A DNA stretch of 64,000 nucleotides from positions 32,001-96,000 of the forward strand of contig JBDHJS010000017.1 in NCBI GenBank assembly GCA_039586795.1, given 5' to 3'. Source of the stretch: Gemmatimonadota bacterium (GTDB taxonomy: Bacteria; Gemmatimonadota; Gemmatimonadetes; Palauibacterales; KS3-K002). The notes beneath the pieces are model-generated. The model was not told the DNA's origin. It made no database searches and was given only the letters and a program-made list of their open reading frames with translations. This document shows positions 19,257 through 29,005 of the stretch, in pieces (within the stretch, counting starts at the first letter, position 1; every line of letters starts with the position of its first letter). The position numbers and the translations under genes were made by a program.

Positions 19257-20616
19257 CCGCGGCCCGATTACGTCGGCGCGCCATGCTGCCGACAGCGACG
19301 GCGGTGAAGCCGTATTGGAAGAGCAAGAGAAAGGGTATGGACGCGTAGAGTCCGTTCGCCAGAGCGTAGGCGATCGCGATCGCTACGTATACGGCAAGAG
19401 CGGATTCGACTGCGGTACCCAACCAGTTGTTCCTGGGCCGGTACCCCACCCTAGCGCTACCCCGCTTGGGCGTTCGAACAAATTCCGGCTCGCCCCGACG
19501 CGCCAAGCCCGCCAGTAGGGCCCTGGCATTGTTGACCGACAATCCGATCCCCAACGCGAGAATCACCGGCACGTATAATAGGACGGCAAGCAGAAGCAGC
19601 GGCCATCCGTTTTGGAGGCGCACAATGGCGGCGGGAAACACCAGCACGGCCACAGCCAGCGTGAGCAGCGACGGCATGTAGGACGTCAGGTGCATGATCG
19701 CCTCCAGCTTCACACGCCACCCATGGCCATCGCGCAAGAGGTCGGGAAGTAGTTTGCGAGCTGTCTGCATCGAGCCCTGCGCCCACCGAGCCTGCTGGGT
19801 CTTGAACGACGTGATCTCGGCCGGTAGCTCACCGGGCACGACCACGTCGGGCAAAAAGACAAATCGCCAGCCTTTCATCTGTGCTCGGTAGCTAAGGTCC
19901 AGGTCCTCGGTCAGCGTGTCGGACTGCCAACCACCCGCTTCGCGCAGGCATTTGACACGCCAGATCCCGGCGGTACCGTTGAAGTTGAAAAAGAGACCGG
20001 CTGCGGCGCGAGCTCCGTGCTCGATGTGAAAGTGGGCGTTCAAGATGAGCGCCTGCGCACGCGTGAGCCACGAGGCGGTCTCATTCAGGTGCCCCCAGCG
20101 CGCCTGCACCATCCCGACTCCTGGATCCGCAAAAGGAGGCAGCAATAGGCGAAGCAGGTCCGGCTTGGGAACGAAATCGGCATCGAGCACCAAAACGAAT
20201 TCTCCGGCTGCCCGCTCGAGGCCATGAGCGAGAGCACCCGCTTTGTAGCCGGTGCGACGAGCGCGGCGAACATAGCGCACGTCGACGCCGGCGCCTCGGT
20301 GGTACGCGACTCGGCGGCGTGCCAACGCGGCGGTCTCGTCCGTCGAGTCGTCAAGCACCTGAATCTCGAGCCGGTCGCCAGGGTAGTCCAAAGCACACGC
20401 CGCATCGATCAAGCGCTCGACCACGTATCGCTCGTTGTAGATGGGAAGCTGAACGGTCACACGCGGTCTCCACTGTCCTGGACCAGGCGGCCTCGGGCGC
20501 CCGACGCTCATGCTTCGACGGCGGTAGACATACAGCAGCCAGCCCCTATGGAGACTATAGATGACGAGGGCCGCCAGGGTGCCGCCGTACGCGATGAGTA
20601 TCAGCTGGCCGAGCAT
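19240..20616 (-). CDS. Cellulose-synthase-like membrane GT2 glycosyltransferase
   Basis: VTVQLPIYNE, QVLDDSTD, GYKAGAL, LDADF, TEDLDLS, QQARW (D,D,D,QxxRW set). Confidence 0.92.
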   Translation of the reverse strand: MLGQLILIAYGGTLAALVIYSLHRGWLLYVYRRRSMSVGRPRPPGPGQWRPRVTVQLPIYNERYVVERLIDAACALDYPGDRLEIQVLDDSTDETAALARRRVAYHRGAGVDVRYVRRARRTGYKAGALAHGLERAAGEFVLVLDADFVPKPDLLRLLLPPFADPGVGMVQARWGHLNETASWLTRAQALILNAHFHIEHGARAAAGLFFNFNGTAGIWRVKCLREAGGWQSDTLTEDLDLSYRAQMKGWRFVFLPDVVVPGELPAEITSFKTQQARWAQGSMQTARKLLPDLLRDGHGWRVKLEAIMHLTSYMPSLLTLAVAVLVFPAAIVRLQNGWPLLLLAVLLYVPVILALGIGLSVNNARALLAGLARRGEPEFVRTPKRGSARVGYRPRNNWLGTAVESALAVYVAIAIAYALANGLYASIPFLLLFQYGFTAVAVGSMARRRNRAAVTVVT

Positions 20617-20922
20617 CTGAAACCCGAGATCATATTAGACATGACACCCGACTTTACATCGTGGGGTGCGTGGCCGCCAGCGCCTTGACGGCATCGCCCC
20701 CGTCTCATAGGTGTGTGGTCTGATGTTTCGAGAACTGTCATCGAACACTCACGAGATCGTTCGGTTCCCGGGAACCGATCTGCGCGCGCGACTGTTCAGA
20801 CCGAGCCAGGACAACGTGGCTCGCCGACGAACGGTGGCGAGCCAGCGAAATAGACCACTGAACTGGAGAAAGATTTGGCGGTGGCTGTGGGGCTTACCGA
20901 CTCTGCTGCGACGGTACGGACC

Positions 20923-21636
20923 GTGAAGAAATCGAGCACCGGACGACGCCTGGGGCTACGTGCCCTCCTGCTCGCCGTTCTTTTCCTCGGCGGATTGGCA
21001 CTGTTCCGCTGGACGCCGCTTTCACAATACGCCAACCCGGAAGTCATCGCCGAGTTTTTCCGAAGCCTCGGCACGCCCTGGTGGTCGCCGCTGGTCTTCG
21101 TGCCGTTGTACGCGTTCAGCGTGGCGTTCGGGATGCCCGGCACGATACCCACGCTGGCGGGCGGTGCGATCTTCGGCGTGGCGCGCGGGATGTTGTTCAA
21201 TACGATCGCCGCCAACCTGGGCGCCTTGTTCGCCTTCCTGGTCGCACGCTACCTGGGTCGGGATTTCGTTGCGAAGATTCTCAAAGGCAGAGCGGCGATG
21301 TTGGACGAGAAGATCGGCGACCACGGGTTCGGGACGATGCTATACCTGAGGCTCATCCCGCTCGTCCCCTTCAACGCATTGAACTTTGGAGCTGGCCTTT
21401 CACGTATTTCGTTGCGCCACTACGTCCTGGGCACACTCATCGGAATGCTGCCCGGCACCCTAGTCTACACTTACTTCGCCGACGCCCTCATGGTCGGAAC
21501 GGGCGAAGCCCGCCGCGAGGCCTTCATAAACTTCTTGATAGCGGCGTCCGTGCTGGTGGCGTTTACCGTGTTGACGTGGTGGATCCGAAAGCGACGGTCA
21601 GCGCGCTCCGTCCTTGCCAAGCCAGGCGAGAATTAG
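20923..21636 (+). CDS. TVP38/TMEM64 (DedA/SNARE-associated) membrane protein
   Basis: PGTIPTLAGGAIFG, FLVARYLGRD, LRLIPLVPFNALNF, GTLIGMLPG; start uncertain (20875 or 20923). Confidence 0.9.
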   Translation: MKKSSTGRRLGLRALLLAVLFLGGLALFRWTPLSQYANPEVIAEFFRSLGTPWWSPLVFVPLYAFSVAFGMPGTIPTLAGGAIFGVARGMLFNTIAANLGALFAFLVARYLGRDFVAKILKGRAAMLDEKIGDHGFGTMLYLRLIPLVPFNALNFGAGLSRISLRHYVLGTLIGMLPGTLVYTYFADALMVGTGEARREAFINFLIAASVLVAFTVLTWWIRKRRSARSVLAKPGEN

Positions 21637-22641
21637 TCCACCGCCGACCCCGACCGTGACGTAGTTGTTAAAGAAACGCCAGACCGCCGTGTAGGGAACG
21701 ATGAGCCCGGGCGTCAAGAACGGCGCCATGATGGCGGCGACGATCACCTCTCCTATGCCGGCGCCGCTGGGCACCGGGATCACGAACAGTAAGTACTGGA
21801 CGACGATGTGGAGTAGCATCACCTCGCGGAACGGTGCTTCGACGACAAAGCCTCGCAGGACTACATAGCCCAACACGAAACGTGAGCCGAAGTGGATGAC
21901 TCCGCTCAGCACCGCCAGCACGAAGTTCAGTTTGCCCGACTTCCAATAAGCGACGATGCCGACGTGTATCTCGTCGAATTGATGAAGCACACGCGCAATG
22001 CGCGGGTGTTCGGACCCCATCGTGCGCCGGATCGCGCTGCGAGCGACGCCCGGCAGGAGCGCGAGCCCGACAATCACCACCACACCGATCGCGAACAGCC
22101 AGGCCGACCATCTGAACAGTGCGGCGGCTGAAAGGTTGGCGATCGGCAGGCGAATCTCCGCCACGGTTCCGGTGGCCCCCAGCGCCCAGGCGACGAGTCC
22201 AGCCAGCGAGAGAAAGATCACGTTCGACAGGAACGACATGGCGTTGACGGCGGCGGCGCGGCCGAAGCTGACGCCCTGTCGCATGAGGCCATAGACCGTT
22301 CCGGTTGCGCTGCCCGTCGACGACGGAGTGATATACCCCATCGCAGTATTTACCACGCTGATCTGCGTACATTCATAAAAGGAGAGGCGACTCTCGTGTG
22401 GGCCGGTCAGCGCTTTGAAGCGCATCCCGCCGCCGATCCAGCCGAGCACAGCAAGCCCGGCGGCGGGTAGGAACCACTGCGGGTTGAACTGCTGTAGGCT
22501 GGATAGCTCCTGCGCCCAATTCTTTGAAACCAGGAACAGGAACATGAAGCCGACCACAGACGCGGCGGCGAAAATGACTAGCCCCCATCGGATGACGGAG
22601 ACCGGTATCCCGGCGACGTTAGTCGGTCGCTTCTCCCCCAC
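21598..22641 (-). CDS. Lysylphosphatidylglycerol-synthase TM region / flippase-like membrane protein
   Basis: Polytopic; YITPSSTGS, IPVPSGAGIGE, VWRFFNNY motifs typical of this family. Confidence 0.8.
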   Translation of the reverse strand: MGEKRPTNVAGIPVSVIRWGLVIFAAASVVGFMFLFLVSKNWAQELSSLQQFNPQWFLPAAGLAVLGWIGGGMRFKALTGPHESRLSFYECTQISVVNTAMGYITPSSTGSATGTVYGLMRQGVSFGRAAAVNAMSFLSNVIFLSLAGLVAWALGATGTVAEIRLPIANLSAAALFRWSAWLFAIGVVVIVGLALLPGVARSAIRRTMGSEHPRIARVLHQFDEIHVGIVAYWKSGKLNFVLAVLSGVIHFGSRFVLGYVVLRGFVVEAPFREVMLLHIVVQYLLFVIPVPSGAGIGEVIVAAIMAPFLTPGLIVPYTAVWRFFNNYVTVGVGGGLILAWLGKDGAR

Positions 22642-22665
22642 CCCGTTGCCCGCGTTCAGTCGAGC

Positions 22666-23247
22666 CTACCGACGCGGCCAGACCTGTCGGCCTGTGAGGT
22701 GCAGGTAAGAACGCAGCCAGAAGCTTGGGCGTTCGTGATACCTGTAGCGAACCGTCCCACCATCGCTCGTCTTCACGTCGATAGGCGAGCGTCCGCGCAG
22801 GATGATCCGATCGTCGCGACACACACTGAACTGCATCGGGCGTTCGCTACGCATACGACGCTGGCGCTGTCTACTGGCCCGGACCTGGTGACGCGATTCG
22901 CGTCTGCGTTGGCGACGCTCCCTCAGCTCACCGGCACGTCTCTGAATGGAGTCGACCCGGTCGCTCCACGCATCACGCCCGGCGCGAGCGCTGCCTCGGG
23001 CTCGCTCACCCGCCTGACGAAGGCGCGTCCCGGTTCGACGCCGAGCTTCGTCCGCATACTCGGCGGCGCGACCCGCCGTTTCGCCCAGCGTGCCGCTGGC
23101 CACTTCAACCGCTTCGACGAACCGATCCGCCAGTCTCTCGACGAACGACTTCCGGCCCGCTAGTCCCAACAGTTCGAACAACACTTTCTTTTCTCCGATC
23201 CGGTTCACAGCAACTGTATTAGCTGCTGCGGATCCAGCTGCTCCCAA
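22666..23247 (-). CDS. Hypothetical Arg/Ala-rich helical protein
   Basis: Co-oriented ORF filling the gap; true start may be further downstream at VLFELL. Confidence 0.55.
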   Translation of the reverse strand: MGAAGSAAANTVAVNRIGEKKVLFELLGLAGRKSFVERLADRFVEAVEVASGTLGETAGRAAEYADEARRRTGTRLRQAGERARGSARAGRDAWSDRVDSIQRRAGELRERRQRRRESRHQVRASRQRQRRMRSERPMQFSVCRDDRIILRGRSPIDVKTSDGGTVRYRYHERPSFWLRSYLHLTGRQVWPRR

Positions 23248-23795
23248 TCCATCCCGACAACCACATGGGCCAACCCGGACTGCGCGATTCTCATCTGAGC
23301 CGCCCGGCGACCCCAGAAATACGTGGCGATCTCTCCGACGGTCGCCGGCGTTGGCTGTTTGGTACCCTGAACAGCCAGATGCCGCACCGGCTTACCCTCG
23401 AAGAGCGATGCCTCATCATCAAAATCGATGCCGTACATCACCTGGACCCCAAACGACAGGTCCCGGATGTGGTCCGGTCGGTCTCCGGGCCAACGGTTCC
23501 AATCGCGCTCCAACTCCTGCAGATCGATCCAGTTCTCTCGCTGCTCGGCATGAACACGCAATTGCCGCGCCACATGCCGTAGCTCGATGGCGCCCGGCGA
23601 CAGGTCGACGATCTCTTGGCCCACGTATCCCGGAGGCCTGGGATCGATAATGATCCAGTGACTAGGTCCGGGTGTGCTCCCGCGGTCGAATGAAAACGGC
23701 ACGAATTCTGTATTCCTGGGGCTGTGACCCCTTCGTAATCGAATAACCGATCCCTTGCACACTCCTAAGATCTGTCCGCCGGCCACCGCGGGCAA
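23205..23795 (-). CDS. Hypothetical protein
   Basis: Globular-looking composition from about VPFSFDRG onward; start uncertain (possibly near 23702). Confidence 0.6.
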   Translation of the reverse strand: MPAVAGGQILGVCKGSVIRLRRGHSPRNTEFVPFSFDRGSTPGPSHWIIIDPRPPGYVGQEIVDLSPGAIELRHVARQLRVHAEQRENWIDLQELERDWNRWPGDRPDHIRDLSFGVQVMYGIDFDDEASLFEGKPVRHLAVQGTKQPTPATVGEIATYFWGRRAAQMRIAQSGLAHVVVGMDWEQLDPQQLIQLL

Positions 23796-23999
23796 CCGCT
23801 ACTCTCACACTACGAACTTCATCTCGTGGCCGTTTCCGGCTCCTCGGACAGGCATGCCAGAACACTTGACCCCGTTACCCGCGGAGGCCCAGACTTCAAC
23901 GACACCGCCCACACGGTGGATCTGGCTAGGGAGCGTCGAGCGGTCTGGGACAGAAATAAGCCACCGGCCAGAGGTCACCAGCCCCCTGGGAGCATGGAA

Positions 24000-25445
24000 A
24001 TGCGTAACGCTTTTCGTACTTGCCTGTCTCTCGTCGCAACCGTATCGATGGCCACACCGCTCGCCGGCCAAAGCGCGGATCCAGAGAAGCTGCAGCTCGA
24101 GCCCTGCACATTGCAGGGCACCGAGTACGAGGTCCGCTGCGGAACCTACACGGTTTTCGAGAACCGAGACGCCGCCTCCGGCCGCACGATCGATCTCAAC
24201 ATCATCGTTCTCCCGGCACGTAGTGAAGACCGCGAACCCGACCCGGTCTTCTACCTGACCGGCGGACCCGGCCTTGCCGCGACGAAGGTTGCGAGCGGCA
24301 TGCGCTTCGCCTGGTACGGCGACAAACGGGACATCGTGCTGGTGGATCAGCGCGGCACGGGCAAATCCAACGGATTGGACTGTGCAATCGTCGCCGATGA
24401 GAACGATCTCCAAGGCTACCTCGACCCCGCGTTCAGGACCGAGGTGTTCGAGCCATGCCGAAGAGAGCTCGAGAAGATCGCGGACCTCACGCAGTACACG
24501 ACGCCGATCGCGATGGACGACCTGAACGAGGTCCGTGAGGCGCTGGGCTACGACAAGATCAACGTAATGGGCGGGTCGTACGGCAGTCGGGCGACGCTCG
24601 TCTACATGCGACGGCACCCGGAAACGGTACGGACGGCGATCGTGAACGGTGTGGCGCCGATCGCGTTCCGCAATCCGCTCTATCACGCACGGGAAGCGCA
24701 GGACGCGCTGGAACTGACGTTCAGAGAGTGCGCCGAGGAAGAAGCGTGTCACGCGGCGTTTCCGAATTTGGAGCGCGAGTTCGACGAAGTCATCGCGCGG
24801 CTGGAGCAGCAGCCGGCAACAGTCTCTTACACGGATCCCAATACCGGCCAGACCGTCGACCTGCAGATGACTCGATACGCTTTTGCCGAAGCACTGCGCA
24901 CGACGCTCTACTACATGCCCGGCGCCCGCAATGCGCCTCTGCTCATCCACAAGGCATACAACGGCGACTATCAGTTTTTCGTCGAGACGGGCATGCAGTC
25001 GAACCGCGCGATCGTCGACATGCTGCAGTTCGGAATGCTGTTGTCGGTGACCTGCCCCGAAGACCTGGCGCGAATCGAACCCGACGAGATCCCCGCCCTG
25101 ACGGACGGCACGTTCCTGGGCGATAACCGGGTACGCAACCAGATGGCGGCCTGCGAGATTTGGCCGAAGGGGAATGTCCCGGACGACTACGGCGAGCCGG
25201 TTTCGGTCGACGTGCCAACGCTGGTGCTCTCCGGCACGAACGACCCGGTGACGTCGCCGCGCTGGGGCGATGAGGCGGCCAGCCATCTACCGAACAGCTT
25301 GCATCTCGTCGTGCCGGCGGCGCACGGCGCCAGCGGACCCTGCGTAACCTTCATCTCGGCCCAGTTCCTGAAGGAGGCGTCGGTCGACGATCTCGATACC
25401 GCCTGCGTCTCGGAGATCAAGCTACCCCGATTCCGGACCCAGTAG
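24000..25445 (+). CDS. Secreted alpha/beta hydrolase (TAP-like peptidase/esterase)
   Basis: Signal peptide; LTGGPG, DQRGTGKS, nucleophile elbow GGSYG, DPVTS, C-terminal AHG. Confidence 0.9.
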   Translation: MRNAFRTCLSLVATVSMATPLAGQSADPEKLQLEPCTLQGTEYEVRCGTYTVFENRDAASGRTIDLNIIVLPARSEDREPDPVFYLTGGPGLAATKVASGMRFAWYGDKRDIVLVDQRGTGKSNGLDCAIVADENDLQGYLDPAFRTEVFEPCRRELEKIADLTQYTTPIAMDDLNEVREALGYDKINVMGGSYGSRATLVYMRRHPETVRTAIVNGVAPIAFRNPLYHAREAQDALELTFRECAEEEACHAAFPNLEREFDEVIARLEQQPATVSYTDPNTGQTVDLQMTRYAFAEALRTTLYYMPGARNAPLLIHKAYNGDYQFFVETGMQSNRAIVDMLQFGMLLSVTCPEDLARIEPDEIPALTDGTFLGDNRVRNQMAACEIWPKGNVPDDYGEPVSVDVPTLVLSGTNDPVTSPRWGDEAASHLPNSLHLVVPAAHGASGPCVTFISAQFLKEASVDDLDTACVSEIKLPRFRTQ

Positions 25446-25458
25446 GCCAATGTGCTGG

Positions 25459-26676
25459 TCAGCGGTTGCCGGATGCCATCTTGCCGGCATCGGGGAGCGA
25501 GCGTAGGCGGAGCATGCTGGTGATTCCGAAGACCGGGCCGATCACCAGTATGGTGAAGGCCCACTCCCAGCCGATCCGATCGACCAGAGGCGGGACGAGC
25601 CGAATGGTCAGGAGCGTCAGCAGGAAGCCGAGGCTCGTCTGCATCGTCAACGCGGTACCGACGTAGCGGGAATCGCTGAGCTCGCTCACCGCCGCGCTGA
25701 ACTGCGCGCTATCCGCCACCACCGTGAACCCCCAGATCAAACAAACGAGAGTCACGAGTAACGGCGACTGAAACAGCAAGCCGACCACCAGCGCGCAACT
25801 GCCGGAGATCAACATGCTGGCAGCGGCAACTCGGGTCCTTCCGAGACGATCCGCCAACCGTCCGGCGATGACGCAGCTCGGGCCACCAATCGCCACCGCC
25901 GCGAAGCCCGCCAGTCGCGCGCCGGTCTCACTCCAGCCGGCCTGCTGGTAGGCCGCGAGCAGGAAGATGGGGACCCAGGTCCACATCGCGTACAACTCCC
26001 ACATGTGGCCGAAGTATCCGAAGTTGGCCAGCCGCAGCGGCTGATTCTTGAGCGCCTCAGCCGCCTGCCGCGGATCGAACGGCGCGGTAGCCGAGAGCAA
26101 CGGACCCTGCCGGACGAAGAGCCCGGTCAGCAACGATCCGACCAAGGCCGAGGCGGACGCGATCAACAGGACGGGCCGCCAGGGTGGAATTCCCACCTCA
26201 CCGCCAACGACGGGAAGCGCGGCGAAGAGGTGCGGTAGCGCCGAGCCGACCGTGAGCGCGCCGACCAGGAAGCCGATGCAGAGGCCCCGGTCCTCCTTGC
26301 ACCAGGTCGCCATCAGCTTCATACCCGGTGGGTACACTCCGGCAAGCGCCATCCCCGTAAGAAAGCGTAAGACGATGGCGGCCCACGGGCCGTCCACGAA
26401 CAACGCGATGCCGGCGTTGAACGCGGCGCCCAGCAACGCGCTGAGGGCGATCAGCCGGCGCGCCGGGATCCGATCGGCGATGTTGAGTGATGCAGAAAGC
26501 AGAGCCCCGACCACGAAACCGAGCTGCACGCTCATCGTGAGCCAGGAAGCCTCGGCGCCGCTCAGGCTCCACTCCGCTCGCAGCTGCGGCACGACGGCCG
26601 AAGCCGAGAACCAGAGCGACATCGCCAGCATCTCTCCGACGGCCAGCAGCCAGAGGCTTCGCCATTTCTCACTCAT
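25459..26676 (-). CDS. MFS transporter
   Basis: About 12 TM helices; ADRIPARR, GRLADRLGR, VYPPGMKLMATW, GHMWELYAMW. Confidence 0.9.
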   Translation of the reverse strand: MSEKWRSLWLLAVGEMLAMSLWFSASAVVPQLRAEWSLSGAEASWLTMSVQLGFVVGALLSASLNIADRIPARRLIALSALLGAAFNAGIALFVDGPWAAIVLRFLTGMALAGVYPPGMKLMATWCKEDRGLCIGFLVGALTVGSALPHLFAALPVVGGEVGIPPWRPVLLIASASALVGSLLTGLFVRQGPLLSATAPFDPRQAAEALKNQPLRLANFGYFGHMWELYAMWTWVPIFLLAAYQQAGWSETGARLAGFAAVAIGGPSCVIAGRLADRLGRTRVAAASMLISGSCALVVGLLFQSPLLVTLVCLIWGFTVVADSAQFSAAVSELSDSRYVGTALTMQTSLGFLLTLLTIRLVPPLVDRIGWEWAFTILVIGPVFGITSMLRLRSLPDAGKMASGNR

Positions 26677-26894
26677 AAGCACGCCGCTCCTCGATCGAGA
26701 GCGACAATATGAGCATCTGTGATGGGTGTGGGACAGAGGGAGGTAGTGACTCAATCGTCCTCCGCTGCACCACAACCCGTTACTCCAGTGTCCTGTGACT
26801 CGGCCAGGCAGTAAGTTATCTATTCGTAAACCGGCATTGGTTGGGCACGGAAGGGGTCCCAACCGCGTTCTAGTTTCGGGTGCGTACACGATCT

Positions 26895-28484
26895 ATGACT
26901 GATTCCGCGACTCGAAAGCCGCAGCGGCTGGCCGCGATCGACATCGGCAGCAACACGATCCGACTCGTGGTCGTGGAAGTCGATGCGGACGGGACTTACC
27001 GAGTGCTGGATGAGGAGCGCGAACAGACCCGGCTGAGTCGCGGTCTGCAGAAGACCGGCAAGCTCGACAAGGATTCGATGGAGAGATCGCTGGAAGCTCT
27101 TGGCAGGATGAAACAGATTGCCGACGGCTACGACGTAGCAGAGCTCCGGGCCATTGCCACCGCCGCCGTTCGTTCAGCGAGCAACCGTAGAACGTTTCGC
27201 CGCCAAGCCGCGCGTCGTCACGGCCTGGACGTTCAGGTCGTATCCGCGCGCAACGAGGCACGGCTCGCGTTTTTGAGCATGGGCCGGCAGTTCAATCTGG
27301 ACGGCACGCCCGTAGCGATGGTCGATATCGGTGGTGGCAGCGTCGAGATCGTGCTGGCTGCCGGCACGGTTGTGGACCGCATCTACTCGCTTCCGTTGGG
27401 CGCCGTCCGTCTGACGGAAGGCTTCGGCGAGTCCGACCCATGGAAAGACCGCGACTGGCGCAAGCTGAACAAAGCAATCGACAAATCAATCAAGCGTCGA
27501 GTCGGAAAACCCCCGATCAATCCGCAAGTCATGGTTGGCAGCGGCGGAACTTTTACCGCGCTAGGCGGGATGGTGAAGTACGAACGGGAGGGACGCGCGG
27601 ATGGGGTCCAGGGATACCCGATCGCCCGGGCCGAGGTCGTATCTCTAGTCAATCGGCTACGCGAGATGCCGGAGGAATCGCGAAAGCAGGTTCCCGGCTT
27701 GAGCCCCGATCGGGCGGACATCATCGTTGCCGGTGCGGCCGCGATAGCGCGGCTCGCCAAGCACCTGGGCTGCCGCCAGATCCTGGTCAACGAAGGTGGA
27801 GTTAGGGAAGGTCTCCTGCTGTCCATGATCGCCGAACGCACCCGTGGCAAGCGAATCCCCGGATCCCAGTTCAAAGATCGCATGGAGTGGGTGCGGCTGT
27901 TCGCCAGAAAGTGCGGTTCGAACGAGATGCATTGCGACCACGTAGCGTTTCTGGCGACGCAGATCTTCGACGGACTCCAGGAAACGTATGAGCTAGAGCC
28001 CGAAGGCCGCGAGCTTCTCGTGGCGGCAGCGTTGCTGCACGAGATCGGCTACCTGATCAGCCACGCGAAGCACCACAAACACGCTTATCATCTGATCATG
28101 CACGGAGACCTGCCGGGCTACTCGGCTCGTGAGGTCGAGTTAATCGCCAACATCGCCAGGTATCATCGGCGGGCGTACCCAAAGAAGTCACACGAGAACT
28201 TAGCATCGTTGGGAAAGGCAGATCGCAGGATGGTGCGGCAACTGAGCGCAATCCTCCGCGTCGCCGACGGCCTGGACCGTACGCATGCCCGAACGATCAC
28301 CGCGATAGCCGTCGAGCACGATGACGACGCAACACGGTTACTGCTAGAGTCGCAGATGCAGCCGCGGGTAGAGATGTGGGATGCCGATCGAAAGGCCGGG
28401 CTTTTCGAAAAGGTCTACAGATCCGAACTTGAATTTCATTGGGTCGAGCGCGACGAAAAGCCGGCACTGCGATCGGTCAGCTAA
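26895..28484 (+). CDS. ppx: Exopolyphosphatase Ppx/GppA with C-terminal HD domain
   Basis: AIDIGSNTIRL, ATAAVR, DIGGGSVE, GSGGT, RADII, GVREG, LLHEIG. Confidence 0.95.
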   Translation: MTDSATRKPQRLAAIDIGSNTIRLVVVEVDADGTYRVLDEEREQTRLSRGLQKTGKLDKDSMERSLEALGRMKQIADGYDVAELRAIATAAVRSASNRRTFRRQAARRHGLDVQVVSARNEARLAFLSMGRQFNLDGTPVAMVDIGGGSVEIVLAAGTVVDRIYSLPLGAVRLTEGFGESDPWKDRDWRKLNKAIDKSIKRRVGKPPINPQVMVGSGGTFTALGGMVKYEREGRADGVQGYPIARAEVVSLVNRLREMPEESRKQVPGLSPDRADIIVAGAAAIARLAKHLGCRQILVNEGGVREGLLLSMIAERTRGKRIPGSQFKDRMEWVRLFARKCGSNEMHCDHVAFLATQIFDGLQETYELEPEGRELLVAAALLHEIGYLISHAKHHKHAYHLIMHGDLPGYSAREVELIANIARYHRRAYPKKSHENLASLGKADRRMVRQLSAILRVADGLDRTHARTITAIAVEHDDDATRLLLESQMQPRVEMWDADRKAGLFEKVYRSELEFHWVERDEKPALRSVS

Positions 28485-28497
28485 CCATGATAGACCG

Positions 28498-29004
28498 ATG
28501 GATTTGATCATCGTTAGGCACGCTATCGCGGAAGACCGGGAGGCATTCGCAGCGAGGGGCGAGTCGGACAGCCTGCGCCCTCTCACATCGAAGGGGCACA
28601 AGCGAATGCGTCGGGGCGCCCGGGGCCTAAAACAAATCATCCCCCAGGTCGACCTGATCGCAACCAGCCCGTTGGTCCGCGCGCGCCAGACTGCCGAGAT
28701 TCTGGGGCACATCTACGACAACACGGTCGCAATCGAGATCGCCGAGCTCGAACCGGGCGCCAGTCTGGAGAGCATGTTGCGCTGGCTTCAGAACCAACGA
28801 TCTGATGCGACGATCATGCTCGTCGGCCACGAGCCGTTCCTCAGTATGCTGATCTCCTGGTTGACGACGCGATCGGATGACACGTTTCTGGAATTCAAAA
28901 AGGGTGGCGCCTGTTTCATCACTTTCGATGAGGGTATCTATGCCGGTGGGGCCACGATGCAGTGGCTTGTGACACCGGCACAGTTGAGAAGCCTGAGCGC
29001 CTAG
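28498..29004 (+). CDS. sixA: Phosphohistidine phosphatase SixA
   Basis: IVRHAIAE, RPLT..G, SPLVRARQTA, VGHEP, FKKGG. Confidence 0.9.
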   Translation: MDLIIVRHAIAEDREAFAARGESDSLRPLTSKGHKRMRRGARGLKQIIPQVDLIATSPLVRARQTAEILGHIYDNTVAIEIAELEPGASLESMLRWLQNQRSDATIMLVGHEPFLSMLISWLTTRSDDTFLEFKKGGACFITFDEGIYAGGATMQWLVTPAQLRSLSA

Positions 29005-29005
29005 C

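Noticed and set aside
23805..25286. 493-aa minus-strand ORF
   Set aside because: Antisense to the well-supported alpha/beta hydrolase
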